This document shows positions 45,783-58,740 of a DNA stretch of 64,000 nucleotides, piece after piece. The stretch is from Azolla caroliniana. Taxonomy: Eukaryota; Plantae; Polypodiophyta. The notes under the pieces are model-generated. The model saw nothing but the letters and a program-made list of their open reading frames with translations, was not told the DNA's origin and did not search any database. Position numbers and translations under genes: made by a program. Location: the NCBI GenBank assembly GCA_043228905.1, contig JBHGNT010000007.1:19716001-19780000 (forward strand), in the 5' to 3' direction. The stretch's first letter is position 1, and each line of letters starts with the position of its first letter.

Positions 45783-47201
45783 TAGCAATGGGCCCGGTTC
45801 GGTTTCGGTTCGGTTTATTGGCCTTTAAACCAAACCATTTATTAATAATAAAAACCGAACCAAATTGTCTTTAATTTTATGAAGCCATTTAAACCAAACC
45901 GTTTAAAGCATAGGAGAAACCAAACTGTTTACGAAAAATTTAAAACCAAACCAAACCATTTTTTATTGATATTAATCATTATACTTATTATAAATTTGTG
46001 TGAGAAAATCATCATAAATTTATTCATCATAAATTTTGTCATCATACTTATTATAAAATTTGTCATTATACTTATCATAATTTTGGTCATCATACTAATC
46101 ATAAATTTGATCATCATACTTATCATAATTGATCATCATAAATGAAAAAGAGACTCTACATATAATACACATAGATTGACATATTCGCTTTCGTGGGATT
46201 TTCCATTCGAATGCAAACGAATACGCATACATTCATGTGGTCAAGTATTCGTTTAAAAAAGAAAAGGAAAAAAAGGAGATGAACTCCCTCCTTTTAGTTT
46301 CTTAGGAAGAAAAAGGGGACTTGACAATAAAAAGGGGATAATAAAATAGAGAGTTGAGAGAGACTTGACAGTAATAAATTTTCATTGGAGATCTTGATTC
46401 TTTACTAAATAAATAAATAAAATAAAATAAATTTTCGTTTTATTTTTAATAAATAAAAAAAATAAAAGAAAGCTTCATTAATTCTTCACCTTTTCTTTTC
46501 CCAAAATTTATGGATATTTTTACCTAACATTAAAATTGAGACTTCACATTAATCATGTTTTTTATAGTAAATATAAAAATATTCGTTTTTTTAAAATAAA
46601 AAAATCAATTATTTAAATAAAATAAAGGTTCATAAACTCTCCTCTTTTTTTATTTGACACTAGAAAGGAGAGTTTATGCTAATCATATTTTTATAATTTA
46701 TTAATGAATAATTGTTCTTTTTTTTAGTGAATTAAATTTATTTATTTTTAAATTAATTAATTAATTAATTAATTTTTTGTATATTTATTTTACAAAACGA
46801 ATGGTTTTTAAATATTCTTAGGGTCATTTTGTATTCTCGAATATTGAGAATATCACGCATGGAGAATATGACGAATATCACGCATGTGTCAATCTATGAT
46901 AATACATATAAAATTTAATAAGTTAAAACAAGAGTTTAAAATTAAAAGTTGAAAGTTATAGCTTATAGAAAATATTTATGAGTATTTTTTAACCTATAAA
47001 TCTTTAAACCTTTAAACCGAACCACATAAATAAAACCAATAAGCCGCTAAACCACTAAACCAGTCAATTTAAAACCGAACCGAAACCGATTAGTAATATT
47101 TGAAACCAAACCAAACTGTTTAGTTATCTTTGAACCTATAAATTGTTAAGCCACGGTTTTTCGGTTCGGTTCGATTTGAGCCGAAACCGGGCCCATTGCT
47201 A
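45783..47201. mobile_element. hAT-type MITE (family A, middle)
   Basis: Perfect 17-bp TIR TAGCAATGGGCCCGGTT; perfect 8-bp TSD TGTGAGAG. Confidence 0.93.
46170..46898. mobile_element. hAT-type MITE (family B, inner)
   Basis: TIR CATAGATTGACA; perfect 8-bp TSD ATAATACA. Confidence 0.9.
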
Positions 47202-47511
47202 TGTGAGAGTAAAAAATGGGGAATTATTGAACCTTTTATTTATTTTATTAAAAATAAAACAAATACTTTTAAGTTTTATATCCTTTATAAAAATATTATT
47301 AGTTTAAGTCTAGTTTTTAATGTGAAGTAAAATATCCCCTTTTTATTGTCAATGTCCTCTTTGTTACATATATGATACATGATATATCTTTGAAGCTAAA
47401 AAGTAAGGACTTTATAAACTCTCTCTTTTTTAAGAATATGAATATGTCAATCTATGGTTGCAGCCTACAACTATTGCCAACTTGGCCATGTCTTTCATAA
47501 TACGCACATCA

Positions 47512-48072
47512 TCACTACAAGAAGATTTAAACATTCTTTAAACTACTCCAGGTTTGCATTTATCCACTTCAAGCATGGTTAGACCCATCACCATTACTAG
47601 TACTCTGTATTGCCTTCTATTTTTGTTGTCTTCCTTTACACTATTGCGAACCTCCAATTCTTTCTTGCACGAGAGGACATGTTGATGCCTTTCTCCAGTT
47701 CATGGATGTCGTGAACACAACATCTCTCAAGGGTTGGGGGTTACGCAATAACAATGGGAGTTGTTGTGATTGGAAAGGAGTGAGTTGTGATTCTGTTTCT
47801 GCACAAGTTGTGGGTATTTCTCTGTCCATCAAACATCTTATTGGGAGGTTATCTCAAAGATGAGCCCACATTCCATCTCTTCATGTTATCGATGTTTCGA
47901 ATAATTACTTACATGGCCCTCTCCCACAATACCTCTCATCCCTTCACACTCTTTGACATCAGTAACAACGAATTTTCAGGTTAGCTCTTTGCAAGTGCTT
48001 AATGTCTCTACCAATGTCTTTCATGGTAGCTTGCCTCCCTCTTCTTTAAGGAATTTGAGCCTCTTGAGGGAA
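47512..48072 (+). pseudogene. 5' fragment of an RLP (signal peptide, LRRNT, first LRRs) with frameshifts and stops
   Basis: atggttagacccatcacc..., gggagttgttgtgattgg (SCCDW); homologous to about 58705-59320, then truncated. Confidence 0.87.
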
Positions 48073-51000
48073 TCCAATGTTCGCAGAGTCGAAATAAAGG
48101 CAAAGTCGAAAGCTCTTTAGAGTTCTACGAAACTACGTTAATGAACTTCTTGGATTTTCTTTCATATATGTACACACATTGTATAAACCTTTCTATAATC
48201 ATGTTTTATGCTTCCTTTCTCATTCCGTATGAAAGAATAATATACAAAATTATTTCGTTTTACCCCTAAGTTCTAATACATTGTGCTCATCAATATTCAT
48301 GTTATGAGGTGTCATTATGCTTGAAAATATCAAGTTGAAGGAAATAAAGTAAAACAATGGGAGAAGAGAGCCTTAAAAGCTCCACGATGGGATAATATAA
48401 AATCAAGAATAAGGAGACGCCCTAACGAGGAAGAACAATTTTCAAAGAAAGAACATATATACCTCATGGTTTGAATGCCCTAGTTTCCCAAGAGCTTCAA
48501 TATGTGATGCTACCTTAAGTAGTAGAGATTCAAGGATTTTTCTAATATGCATTTGTTGTCGGGGAGAGAACTAGAGAATCTCATTGGGCATATTTGATTT
48601 TCTCTACAATACTTGAGGAGGATCCGAAGCACATATACAAAACACTTCAAAACTTAAAATAATCAAGGGTCTAAGTTGCAACATACTTTCACATGTACTT
48701 AATGAAAATATTATATTTTTTGTCTCATAGGACATTGATTTTCCAAAGATGATAATATCTAGCTCTTCAAGCACTTTCCAAAGAGACAAATCCAAAATCT
48801 AGACAAAGATAACAATGAATGGAAATATCGTGATTCTCTCACAATACATTTCACACATGAGCTCTCTAACATATATGCTCGACATGTTCAAGCCCATCTC
48901 TCCTCCCTTGATCCCTCCCTACCTTTAGAGAGCCTTAGTACGAAACTCACACACATCCTTCACTCTGCAGCAGTTAGCAGTTTCCCATACACGAAACACT
49001 CCAATCAAGGTAAAGTAGGATCTATGCCACAAAATAGATGGTATGATGAGGATTGTAGGTGCTTACATAGACAACTTACAATATCGCAACTCAGTGGTAG
49101 TATTACCTCAGTACAAGCTCGTAAAGAAATGCGCAAGATGACACGTCGTAAGAGACGAGCATGGGAGGCATCCCAATATTGGGAACTCTACCATATGCTC
49201 ATGAGTAGTGATTGTGCCACTGCATGGAAGAGATTACGGGAACCAAGACCACAAACACCCATCGAAGATCCCGAAACTTGGCACACTTATACAGAGAGAC
49301 TTTACCAAATCCCAAACCAACCACCCATTCCAATGCCTTCTACACCTCGACCTACTGTGGGGACACTCTTCACGACCTCTAGGGTCACGAAGGTCATAAA
49401 GAAATTACAACATAGGAAGTCCATGGACCACACAGGATTGCAAGCAGAACACATCATATATGTGAGAGAGTGCCTAGCTCCCTTGCTAACTCTAATCTTC
49501 AATCGTGCCCTCGCAGAGGGTTTTCCACCACAATGGACCATGAACACAATGGCCCCCATACATAAAGGGGGGGACCCCATGGACCCAAATACTTATAGGA
49601 CCATTATGATAGGTCATACCCTTGTTAAATTATATGGTGCAGTAATGGAGGCAGAGCTTAGCGAGTATATGGAGACCTTAAATCTTCATGCACCTGAACA
49701 GGCTAGCTTTAGACGAGCCTTCTCCACTATTGATCATATCTTCACACTTAGATGCTTAATTGACCAGACTAAGGCTCGCAAGAAGAAACTATATTGTTGT
49801 TTTGTGGACTTCCGCAAAGCCTTTGACATGGTCCCTAGAGAGCGGTTGTTTGATAGGCTTAAGAGCTTGAGGATACCAGATGACATGGTTTGGGCCATCT
49901 ACGCATTATATGAACAAGTGCCTGGGTGTGTTCGATACCCAGGCGGCATATCCGATAGTTTCACTAGCACTATTGGTGTAAAACAAGGTTGCCCCTTATC
50001 TCCGACTCTTTTTGGGATCTACATTGATGAGATCACAGATTTTATTGCTCGTAAGGGAGGCAATGGAGTAGTCCTTGGGGATACGCAGGTGCGTATCTTG
50101 CTCTATGCAGACGACATAGTTTTCCTCTCTAAATCCGAACACGACCTACAAAGGCACCTTAATGCCTTAGATGACTTTTTCACACAACGTGGATTGGTAG
50201 TGAATCTAGGGAAAACTAAAGTCCTTATCTTCCACACGTTGGCCCAAGTTAGAGCTACGTGTCACCTAACTATCTCCCATAGCCCAATTGAGGTGGTTGG
50301 ATCATATGTCTATCTCGGAGTCACTTTCAGTGCCCACTCAAGTAAATTTTCGATGACACAAGCAGCGAAGGATAGACTTACAAGAGGACATGCATCCCTC
50401 TCACTCCTCGAGAGACAATGCCACCAAGCATACTTCCAAGAGCCACGAACTAAAGGGTGGCTCTTTGACTCATTAGTGACTCCCTCTCTCATGTATGCAT
50501 CAGCGGTTTGGGCTCCAGGACTACCATCTTTCATGTGAACGCAATTAGAGAGACCATTGGTGATGATGTTATCATGCCAACTCTGAAGCAAATCGTCGGT
50601 CCCACATGACATTATTAGGGCTGAGTTCACTCTACCCCCTATGTTAGTAGAAGCACTTTTTCAACTTGTAGTCTTTATCCACAGGATACATAACCAACCA
50701 CTTGATAGAATATCCCACCAAGCCTTTAAGGCTTCTCGAGCACTGTATGAGTCCGGCTATACTAGCTCATGGTCTGGCATGATGGTGAGTTGGCTTCTTG
50801 CCAACAGTCTAGACATTAATAACCTCCCCCCCCTTAAGTACGACCACACGACTGATAACACTTTAATCTCTCATGAGGACCGTAATAAAGTAATACGCCA
50901 AGAAATATGGCAAATTCATACTCGGTATAAATGGATCACCCCACTAGAGCCACTCCCACCTAAAATGTCATACTATAAGGAACACTTTATGCACTTCTCT

Positions 51001-51374
51001 AGGTTAGGTTTTATCACGCGCCCAAAATATCTAGATGTATTCTTACCACATGCACTAAGGGTTGCCATTGGTCAACTTAGAATATCATCTCACCAACTTG
51101 AGATTGAGAATGGACGTACTAATGGAGTCCCTAGGGAGGAAAGGATATGTAGGTTATGCCACATAGAGATAGAGGATGAGTACCATTTTACATGTAAATG
51201 CCCCACCTATGCCGAGATAAGGGCAAAATACCACGACATACTTGGTTCCTCTCCCACCCTCCCTAAACTATTAGATACACTAAATATAAAGAAATTAGGT
51301 AGATACGTCTTAGAATTGAAACAACACAGAGAGAATAAGTTACAAACATTGATAATAATGTTGTTAATGTTTAC

Positions 51375-54300
51375 TGTTGAGAATCAAGCTCAACTTGGTC
51401 TAGTGTGTGAACTCACCTTGAGAGCGAAGAGACACTCCAACGGTCAAGAGTCACCATTATGTCACCACTTTGTATTCTAGCATTTAGTATGAGTCATAGA
51501 ATCATATTCTATGACACATAACTTATGAGCTTTCACATTCCCCATGCTCCATGAGGCTTGTAGTTAATGAAGAGAGAGGGTGACTACATAAAGCACCCTC
51601 CTCCCACCTTGTATAATGTTGAGTCTTTCTCCTTTGTTAATATACTTTTAACCTTGCGTATACTCTGTGTGTCTCTCTCTCTCTATCTCACACACACAGT
51701 TCACACCTATTCCGCTTCACAAGAATCCATCTCTTAATTCTTTACATGGTAACAGAGCGATTTGGTAGCTCGATCTAGCCTATTCGCCTCATTGTGATCG
51801 TGTGTTGTGCTCTACGCCGACGACCAAGAACCGGCTCATAGCTAACGTAGCTTCGCTACATAGCTCGCATTCGAAGAGAGAAGAAGAAGAAGAAGAATCG
51901 ATGTAATGAATACTCAAATGGGGAGCGCTCTCCCTACCGAGAAGTTGGATCGAAACAACTTCGCATCTTGGGAGTACAAGATGCACCAATACCTTGTCGG
52001 ACAAGGCTATTGGAGCTACATCAAAGGAGCGCATGAAGATCGACCCGCCGAAGCAGCTCCCGGATACGCGACATGGGAGCAAGCCGCAAGCCACATGATG
52101 TATTGTTTGGCGACATGTGTTCACGACCACATGCTTGGTTACATTCGAGAAGCTAAGACGCCGAAGCAAGCGTGGGAAAATCTATGAAAGATTTTCGCCG
52201 CCAACACGACCACGAGGAAGCTTCAACTCCGCCAAGAGTTGAACAACATTCAAAAAGGGACATGTCCATCACGACATACACCTTGAAGATCAAGGAGCTT
52301 TGCGACTCGCTCGGCTCAATAAGCGTAAGTATAGATGATGATGAGATGGTGCAAATATGCCTCGGCGACCTCGCACCACGGTTCGGCCCGATGCGAACCA
52401 CTGTTCTAGCACGGGAGAAATCTCCCTCCTTCTTCGAGCTCCAATCAAAGCTATTGGTCAAAGAAAACCACGTGCGTACAAGGAGCAATGAGTCAGAAGG
52501 CCACATGCTCTACACGCACTCTAATGGAGGAAGAGGACACGGACGAGCGAGAGGCCGATTCGGCCAAGGACAAGGCGGGCAAGGTCCGACCTACGACAAC
52601 AACTCCCAATTTCGGCCGCAAAACGGAGGCCAACGAGGAACCTTCGCAAGAAGGGGGAGCTTCCAATCCGGCCCGAGCTGTCAAAACACAACCGAATGCG
52701 GATATTGTGGAAAGCTCGACCACCACGAAGAAGAGTGTCGAAAGAAGATGCGTGAATCGGCTTCCACAAGCCGACAACTCACGAATTACGCACACAATTC
52801 CGACTACGAAGAGTATAACGGAATGTACGGGAATAACTCCGACTATGAAGATCGTGGCAGAATGTATGCATGGAACTCCGACCGTGGTGGAATGTTCATG
52901 ATGAAACATAGAGCAAACTCTATGTCAGCCTCTACCTCAACTAGTGCCCTCAATCCGGAGGACATATGGTTTGTAGACTCCGGAGCCTCAAACCATATGA
53001 CATCCCATAAAGAATGGTTTCTCGAACTTCGAGAGCCGGAGCGACCCGGTTATGTCGAAACCGGAGATGACACTACGCACCTGATTCGGCACATCGGCAA
53101 TGTTTTGTTCGATGAAAGAGGTAAGAAAACATACATTAAAAATGTCTTGCATGTTCCCACCATCACAAAGAATTTGGTCTCGGTCGGCCAAATGGTTGAG
53201 CAAGGGATGCAAGTACGATTCGACCAAGAAGGGCGCTTCATCGAAAAAGAAGGCCGAATCATCGCACTCGGAAGAAGAGAGGGCCGGATGTTCATTCTCG
53301 ATTCGCACGAGATGAAATCCGCCATGTTCGTGAAAAGCACGAAAGCCGACTCCGACATAGAGCTATGGCATAAGCGAATCGGCCACATCAATCTCAACAA
53401 ATTCAAAGCAATGAGATCGAAAGGAGTCGTTATCGGACTCCCGACATTCAAAGAGAAGGAGATTGAAGGTGTATGCGAAGCGTGCCAATTCGGCAAGCAA
53501 CACCGACACCCATTCCCGAAGGAGCGGAATGTGAGCAAAGGCGTACTCGACGTAATTCATTCCGATGTATGGGGTCTGGCCCAAACGGCAACATTCGGCG
53601 GATGTCGATAATACGTGCTCTTCATCGACGACTTTTCTAGGCACACTTGGATCTATCCGATGCGGCAAAGGAGCGAAGTGTTCGGACACTTCCAAAAGTT
53701 CAAGAATGAAGTCGAGAAAGCCACGGGCCGACATGTACAATGCCTTTGATCAGATGGCGGCAAGGAGTACTTCTCGGATGATTTCACGGCGTATCTCCGA
53801 AAGGAAGGAATTCGGCGAGAATTCACTTGCCGACACACTCCGCAACAAAACGGAGTAGCCAAGCGCAAAAATCGGCACATCCTCGAAGTAGCGCAGGCCA
53901 TGATGAACGAGAAGCATATGCCCAAGTCATATTGGGCCGAAGCGGCAAATACGGCCGTCTACCTAATGAACCGGTGCACAACATCCGGCGTGCACGAGGT
54001 CACTCCGCACGAAAGATTCTTCGGAAAGAAGCTGAACCTATCATATGTTCGGATATTCGACTCCATTGCGTACGTGCACATCCCTGACGAGAAGCATCAA
54101 AAGCTCGACCCGAAGTCGGAGAAATGTATCCTCGTAGGATACTCACTGGAGCAAAAGGGGTACAAGTGCTACAACCCCTCAACTCGAAAATCTCGGGTAA
54201 GTCGAGACGTCGTCTTTGACGAGTCCGCATCCTGGTACGCACCAGAGACAACTTCGCTTCCGACTCCGCTCGACCCAGAATCCACCGAACAAGAGATAGA

Positions 54301-56792
54301 GGATGAAGATCATCTTACACGCATGTTCGAAGAAAGTCCGATCACGACCCGACTGAGCGGACCATAAGAGCCTTTGAGCGATCAAAGCACATCACGGCCT
54401 AGCCCGAAGATGGACAAAGGCAAGGAGAAAATGGCATAATATGAAGACGATCGCTTCAACGACGATGAATCGACTCACTCACTCGACGGTGAGTTCGGCG
54501 GTTTCGAGGTACCAATCGGAGCCAAGAAAGCCCTCATCTCTCCAAATGAAAAGCTCCGCCGATCCACTCGTGAAAAGAACCCCGTAAGCCGATTCGGCTA
54601 CAACGATTATATGGCGTACCATTACGCCTTTATGATGAAGGTAGCGACAGTACGGGAGCCGGAAACCTTTTCGGAAGCCGCGAAGGACCCGCGATGGATC
54701 GAAGCAATGAACGAGGAGATGCAGGCACTACGGAAGAACGAGACACGGGATCTCGTTCCCACCTCACCACACAAAAAGGCGATCGGATGTAGATGGATCT
54801 ACAAGGTGAAGTATAACGTCGATGGCTCCGTAAACCGCTACAAAGCTCGACTCGTAGCGAAAGGATAGGCTCAGACGCATGGCGTCGACTACGAAGAGAC
54901 CTTTGCCCCGGTGGCAAAGATGACAACGGTACGGACCGTAATTGCGATTACCGCGGCGAAAGGGTGGCACCTCCATCAAATGGACGTCAAGAACGTCTTT
55001 CTACAAGGCGAATTAGAAGAGGTGTACATGATCCAACCACCCGGCTTTAACTCGAGCACTCATCCAAAAGCCGTATGCCGACTTAAGAAGCCACTCTACG
55101 GCCTCAAGCAAGCACCGCGTGCTTGACATTCGAAGATAACACAATATCTTCATCAAATCGGCTTCCGTATGTCAAAATCGGACAACTCCCTCTACATACG
55201 AAGCGATTCCGCAAGTCCGATCCTCATCATTTTATATGTGGATGACCTAGTCATTGGAGGGGAGCATATCGTTGAAATCAATAAGGTCAAATCCCTCCTT
55301 TCCGACAAGTTCGAGATGACGGACATGAAGGAGCTCCACTACTTCCTCGGCATTGAGGTAATTCGGACTCCAGCCGGAATCATGATGTCTCAACGACACT
55401 ACATCCTCAACTTGTTATACAAGTTCAGAATGGCTAAGTGCAAATCCGTGGCAACCCCGCTCGATCGTAATCTCAAACTAGATGCGAACTCCGGCACCAA
55501 AGTGTGTGAGCCGACTCAGTATCGGCAACTCATCGGAAGTCTCATCTACCTCACGATCACACGACCCGATCTTAGTTATCCGGTCGGTCTCCTTAGCCAA
55601 TTCATGCAAACACCGCGTGATACTCACTTGGATTGCGCTAAGCGAGTTCTACGCTACGTGAACGACACAATGGATTGCGGCATCCTCTACAAGACCGCGA
55701 TGCCAATACGACTCGAGGGGTACACAGACGCCGATTGGGCCGGCTACAAAGCTGATAGAAGATCAACCTCCGGATTTGTTTTCTCCCTCAGCAGCGGAGC
55801 AATATCCTGGAGTACGGAGGCGGAGCAATATCCTCGAGTACGGAGGCGGAATATAGGGGCGCAACCGTAGCTGCGTGTGAAGCCGTATGGCTCAAGAGGA
55901 TTTTGAAGGATCTGGGCGTACCCATCAAGGATCTGACTTCCCTTTACTGCGACAACATGAGCAGTATCTATCTGGCTCGGAACCCGGTGTTCCACGCGCG
56001 GACAAAGCACATCGAAGTGCACTATCACTTCATCCGAGAGCGCATTCTGGTTGGCTATGTCGACCTACAACACATTAGCACCAATCTTCAAACGGCCAAC
56101 ATCTTCACTAAAGCCTTAGGAGCCGACAAGCTATGGCAATTCATGACCGATCTCGGATTGACGATCCCTGACCTGCCAAGCTTGAGGGCGAGTACTAAAG
56201 ACACTATGCAATAACGCGTGGATTCCGCAACCACGCAACGAAGCAGCGAAGAGCCGATCTACCGCGCAAAGCCGCGAAGAAAGACGCAAGCCGAAGCACA
56301 GACTTCGCACAACGCAAGCTGGAGCACGGATTCCGCAACTCCGCATAAAGCGAGCTGACGCGAGTCAAAGCAGATTTCAAATATCGTATGAAACCAACCC
56401 GACTTGAGCTTGAGGGGGCGTGTTGAGAATCAAGCTCAACTTGGTCTAGTGTGTGAACTCACCTTGAGAGTGAAGAGACACTCCAACGGTCAAGAGTCAC
56501 CATTATGTCACCACTTTGTATTCTAACATTTAGTATGAGTCATAGAATCATATTCTATGACACATAACTTATGAGCTTTCACATTCCCCATGCTCCATGA
56601 GGCTTGTAGTTAATGAAGAGAGAGGGTGACTACATAAAGTACCCTCCTCCCACCTTGTATAATGTTGAGTCTTTCTCCTTTGTTAATATACTTATAACCT
56701 TGCGTATACTCTGTGTGTGTGCGTGTCTCTCTCTCTCACACACAGTTCACACCTATTCCGCTTCACAAGAATCCATCTCTTAATTCTTTACA
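51375..56792 (+). mobile_element. Ty1/copia LTR retrotransposon E, full length (related to copia C)
   Basis: LTRs 51375-51746 and 56421-56792; perfect TSD TTTAC; PBS TGGTAACAGAGC at 51747-51758; PPT about 56412-56420. Confidence 0.95.
51906..56214 (+). pseudogene. copia E gag-pol with multiple stops and frameshifts
   Basis: KLDRNNFASWEYKM, CGYCGKLDHHEEEC, WFVDSGASNHM, IHSDVWG, YKARLVAKG, YVDDL, TKHIEVHYHF. Confidence 0.92.
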
Positions 56793-57671
56793 TTTACCAA
56801 CATGTAACAAATGAAGTTTTTCAGGAACAGGGGGAGACAATGAATGTCGACACACCTGCACCACTCGGGCTTTTCCTTGATGAAGCAGAAAATCAAAGAA
56901 GAACCAAACGCCCTTGGATGCCGGGTTTCAAAGCAACTCGACGAGATGTAGAAGCAATAAAGAAAATAAGGGAACGTGAACTACACCGCCTAGAAGCCAT
57001 GGCTAGGGCACTCTATGCATCGGGACCATGGGTCACACCCACACCAAAATCTTTTGACCTCCCACTTCTTTTTGAGAGACTTGGGTGGGAATGAGATTAG
57101 GTTTAGTGCAAAGTTTTGTACAATACTAGAACTTTCTTAGCTTAAGCTATTTTCTTTTATTTTAGTTTTGATGATTGGATAAACACTCATTTTTGTTGTA
57201 ACCCAATTATCTCATGGGCCAAATTTGGCCTTAGAAGACGTTAATATATCTTTCTTTCTTTCTCACTACTAACACAACTCACAATAAGGCAAACAAATGA
57301 TAGAAGCTAACTATCAACAACAGAGTGCAAAATCTAGAAAGGAATTCCCTCTCCACTAACATGATTATGCAAGAAAGTTGAAGAAAAGGAAAAATGCGAA
57401 ACGCAAATCCTGCTCTATTAACATGATGGGCAAAACTACATTTGTCATGATCTATAGAATCATTCCTCTTTTGTCATTTGAATTTTTCCCAATCTTCATC
57501 ACTACTATAACCATCCAGAACCATCTTCTTGTTGTCATATAATCGGACATCATAGCATAGATTGTTCAAACAAATGTGATGCAGTGATGATTTTGTTTGT
57601 AACTTTTTGTAGTGACCATGAAACTTCATGTGCAAAACGTTGTTGTAAAGCTCTCTGAACGTCCTAGCAAT

Positions 57672-58095
57672 TACCAATTGGCAACGGTTTGGTTCGGTTT
57701 GAGAGTGTCAAAACCAAATCGTTTTAAAAACTGGAAACTTGAACCGAACCACGAAACTATTTAAACCAAACTGTTAAACCATTAAAACCGTGGTTACATG
57801 GTTCGGTTCCGGTTTTCAAGTTAGGTCAAAATTCATATTTTAGGCTTTAAATTTTAAAATTTAAAACTTTTTCATTATTTCAAATTTTAATTTTCAAAAT
57901 TTTAATCATTTGGGCTTAAAAATAGAAAGGTTGTTTTGACAAAATATTTTTAAAAAATCAACTAGGAACCTTAAACTCTCAAACCATTTTAACTACAATT
58001 TCAAACCGTTTTAATCGAACTGAACTAATAAAACCACTACGCCATTAAGATGTGGTTTCGCGATTTGGTTCAAACCGAACCGTTGACGATTGGTA
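57672..58095. mobile_element. hAT-type MITE
   Basis: TIR TACCAATTGGCAACGG / CCGTTGACGATTGGTA; TSD CTAGCAAT/GTAGCAAT; AAACCG repeats. Confidence 0.82.
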
Positions 58096-58213
58096 GTAGC
58101 AATGAGGGCAAACCTACGTCAAAAACACATTCCGACACTACTATTGGAATGCCATCGCTTTTTGGGTCTCTTTGTTCACATGCTCCCTCTCTCTCTCCCT
58201 CTCTCTCTCTCCC

Positions 58214-58427
58214 TCTCATGGGCCAATTTTGGCATTAGAAGACGTTAATATTTCTTTCTTTCTTTCTTTCTTTTCTCTCTCTCTCTCTCCCTCTCATGGG
58301 CCAATTTTGGCATTAGAAGACGTTAATATTTCTTTCTTTCTTTCTTTCTTTTCTCTCTCTCTCTCTCTCCCTCTCATGGGCCAATTTTGGCATTAGAAGA
58401 CGTTAATATTTCTTTCTTTCTTTCTTT

Positions 58428-58460
<33 letters not shown>
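58214..58460 (+). repeat. Three tandem copies of the RTEX-like LINE 3' terminus plus (TTTC)n(CT)n
   Basis: tctcatgggccaattttggcattagaagacgttaata starts at 58214, 58292 and 58372; it matches 32748-32786 and 57209-57246. Confidence 0.9.
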
Positions 58461-58463
<3 letters not shown>

Positions 58464-58740
58464 TACTATTGGTTGCCACAGTTGCAGAGCTTTTCAAAAC
58501 TTTTGAAACAAAGACCCATTCATAGCCTTAGGAGTGTGAAGAAGACTTTCTTCTTCTACTTCATTCTTCTCATGCATATGTGTATATAACCTTCCCTCCC
58601 CTGTTTCTCTACTGTTCTCACATAACATATACATATGTCAAGCCTTGCTCTGTTTCACTTCAGTAATCTCCTTTCTCCTCAATTCACTACCATTTCTTCC
58701 ACCATTACTACAAGAAGATGTAAAGATAACATGTGTACAG

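Larger units (their letters stand above)
45213..47456. mobile_element. hAT-type non-autonomous element (family B, outer)
   Basis: TIR CATAGATTGAC...GTCAATCTATG; flanks CTTGCAAC/GTTGCAGC (6/8); internal AT-rich tandem units of about 130 bp. Confidence 0.78.
48843..57260 (+). mobile_element. LINE 2, RTEX-like, 5'-truncated, interrupted by copia E
   Basis: Homologous to 29760-32812. RT ORF 49024-50538 with later stops; the C-terminus resumes at 56793-57094. Same hairpin and (TTTC)n tail; probable TSD TCTCAC. Confidence 0.9.
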
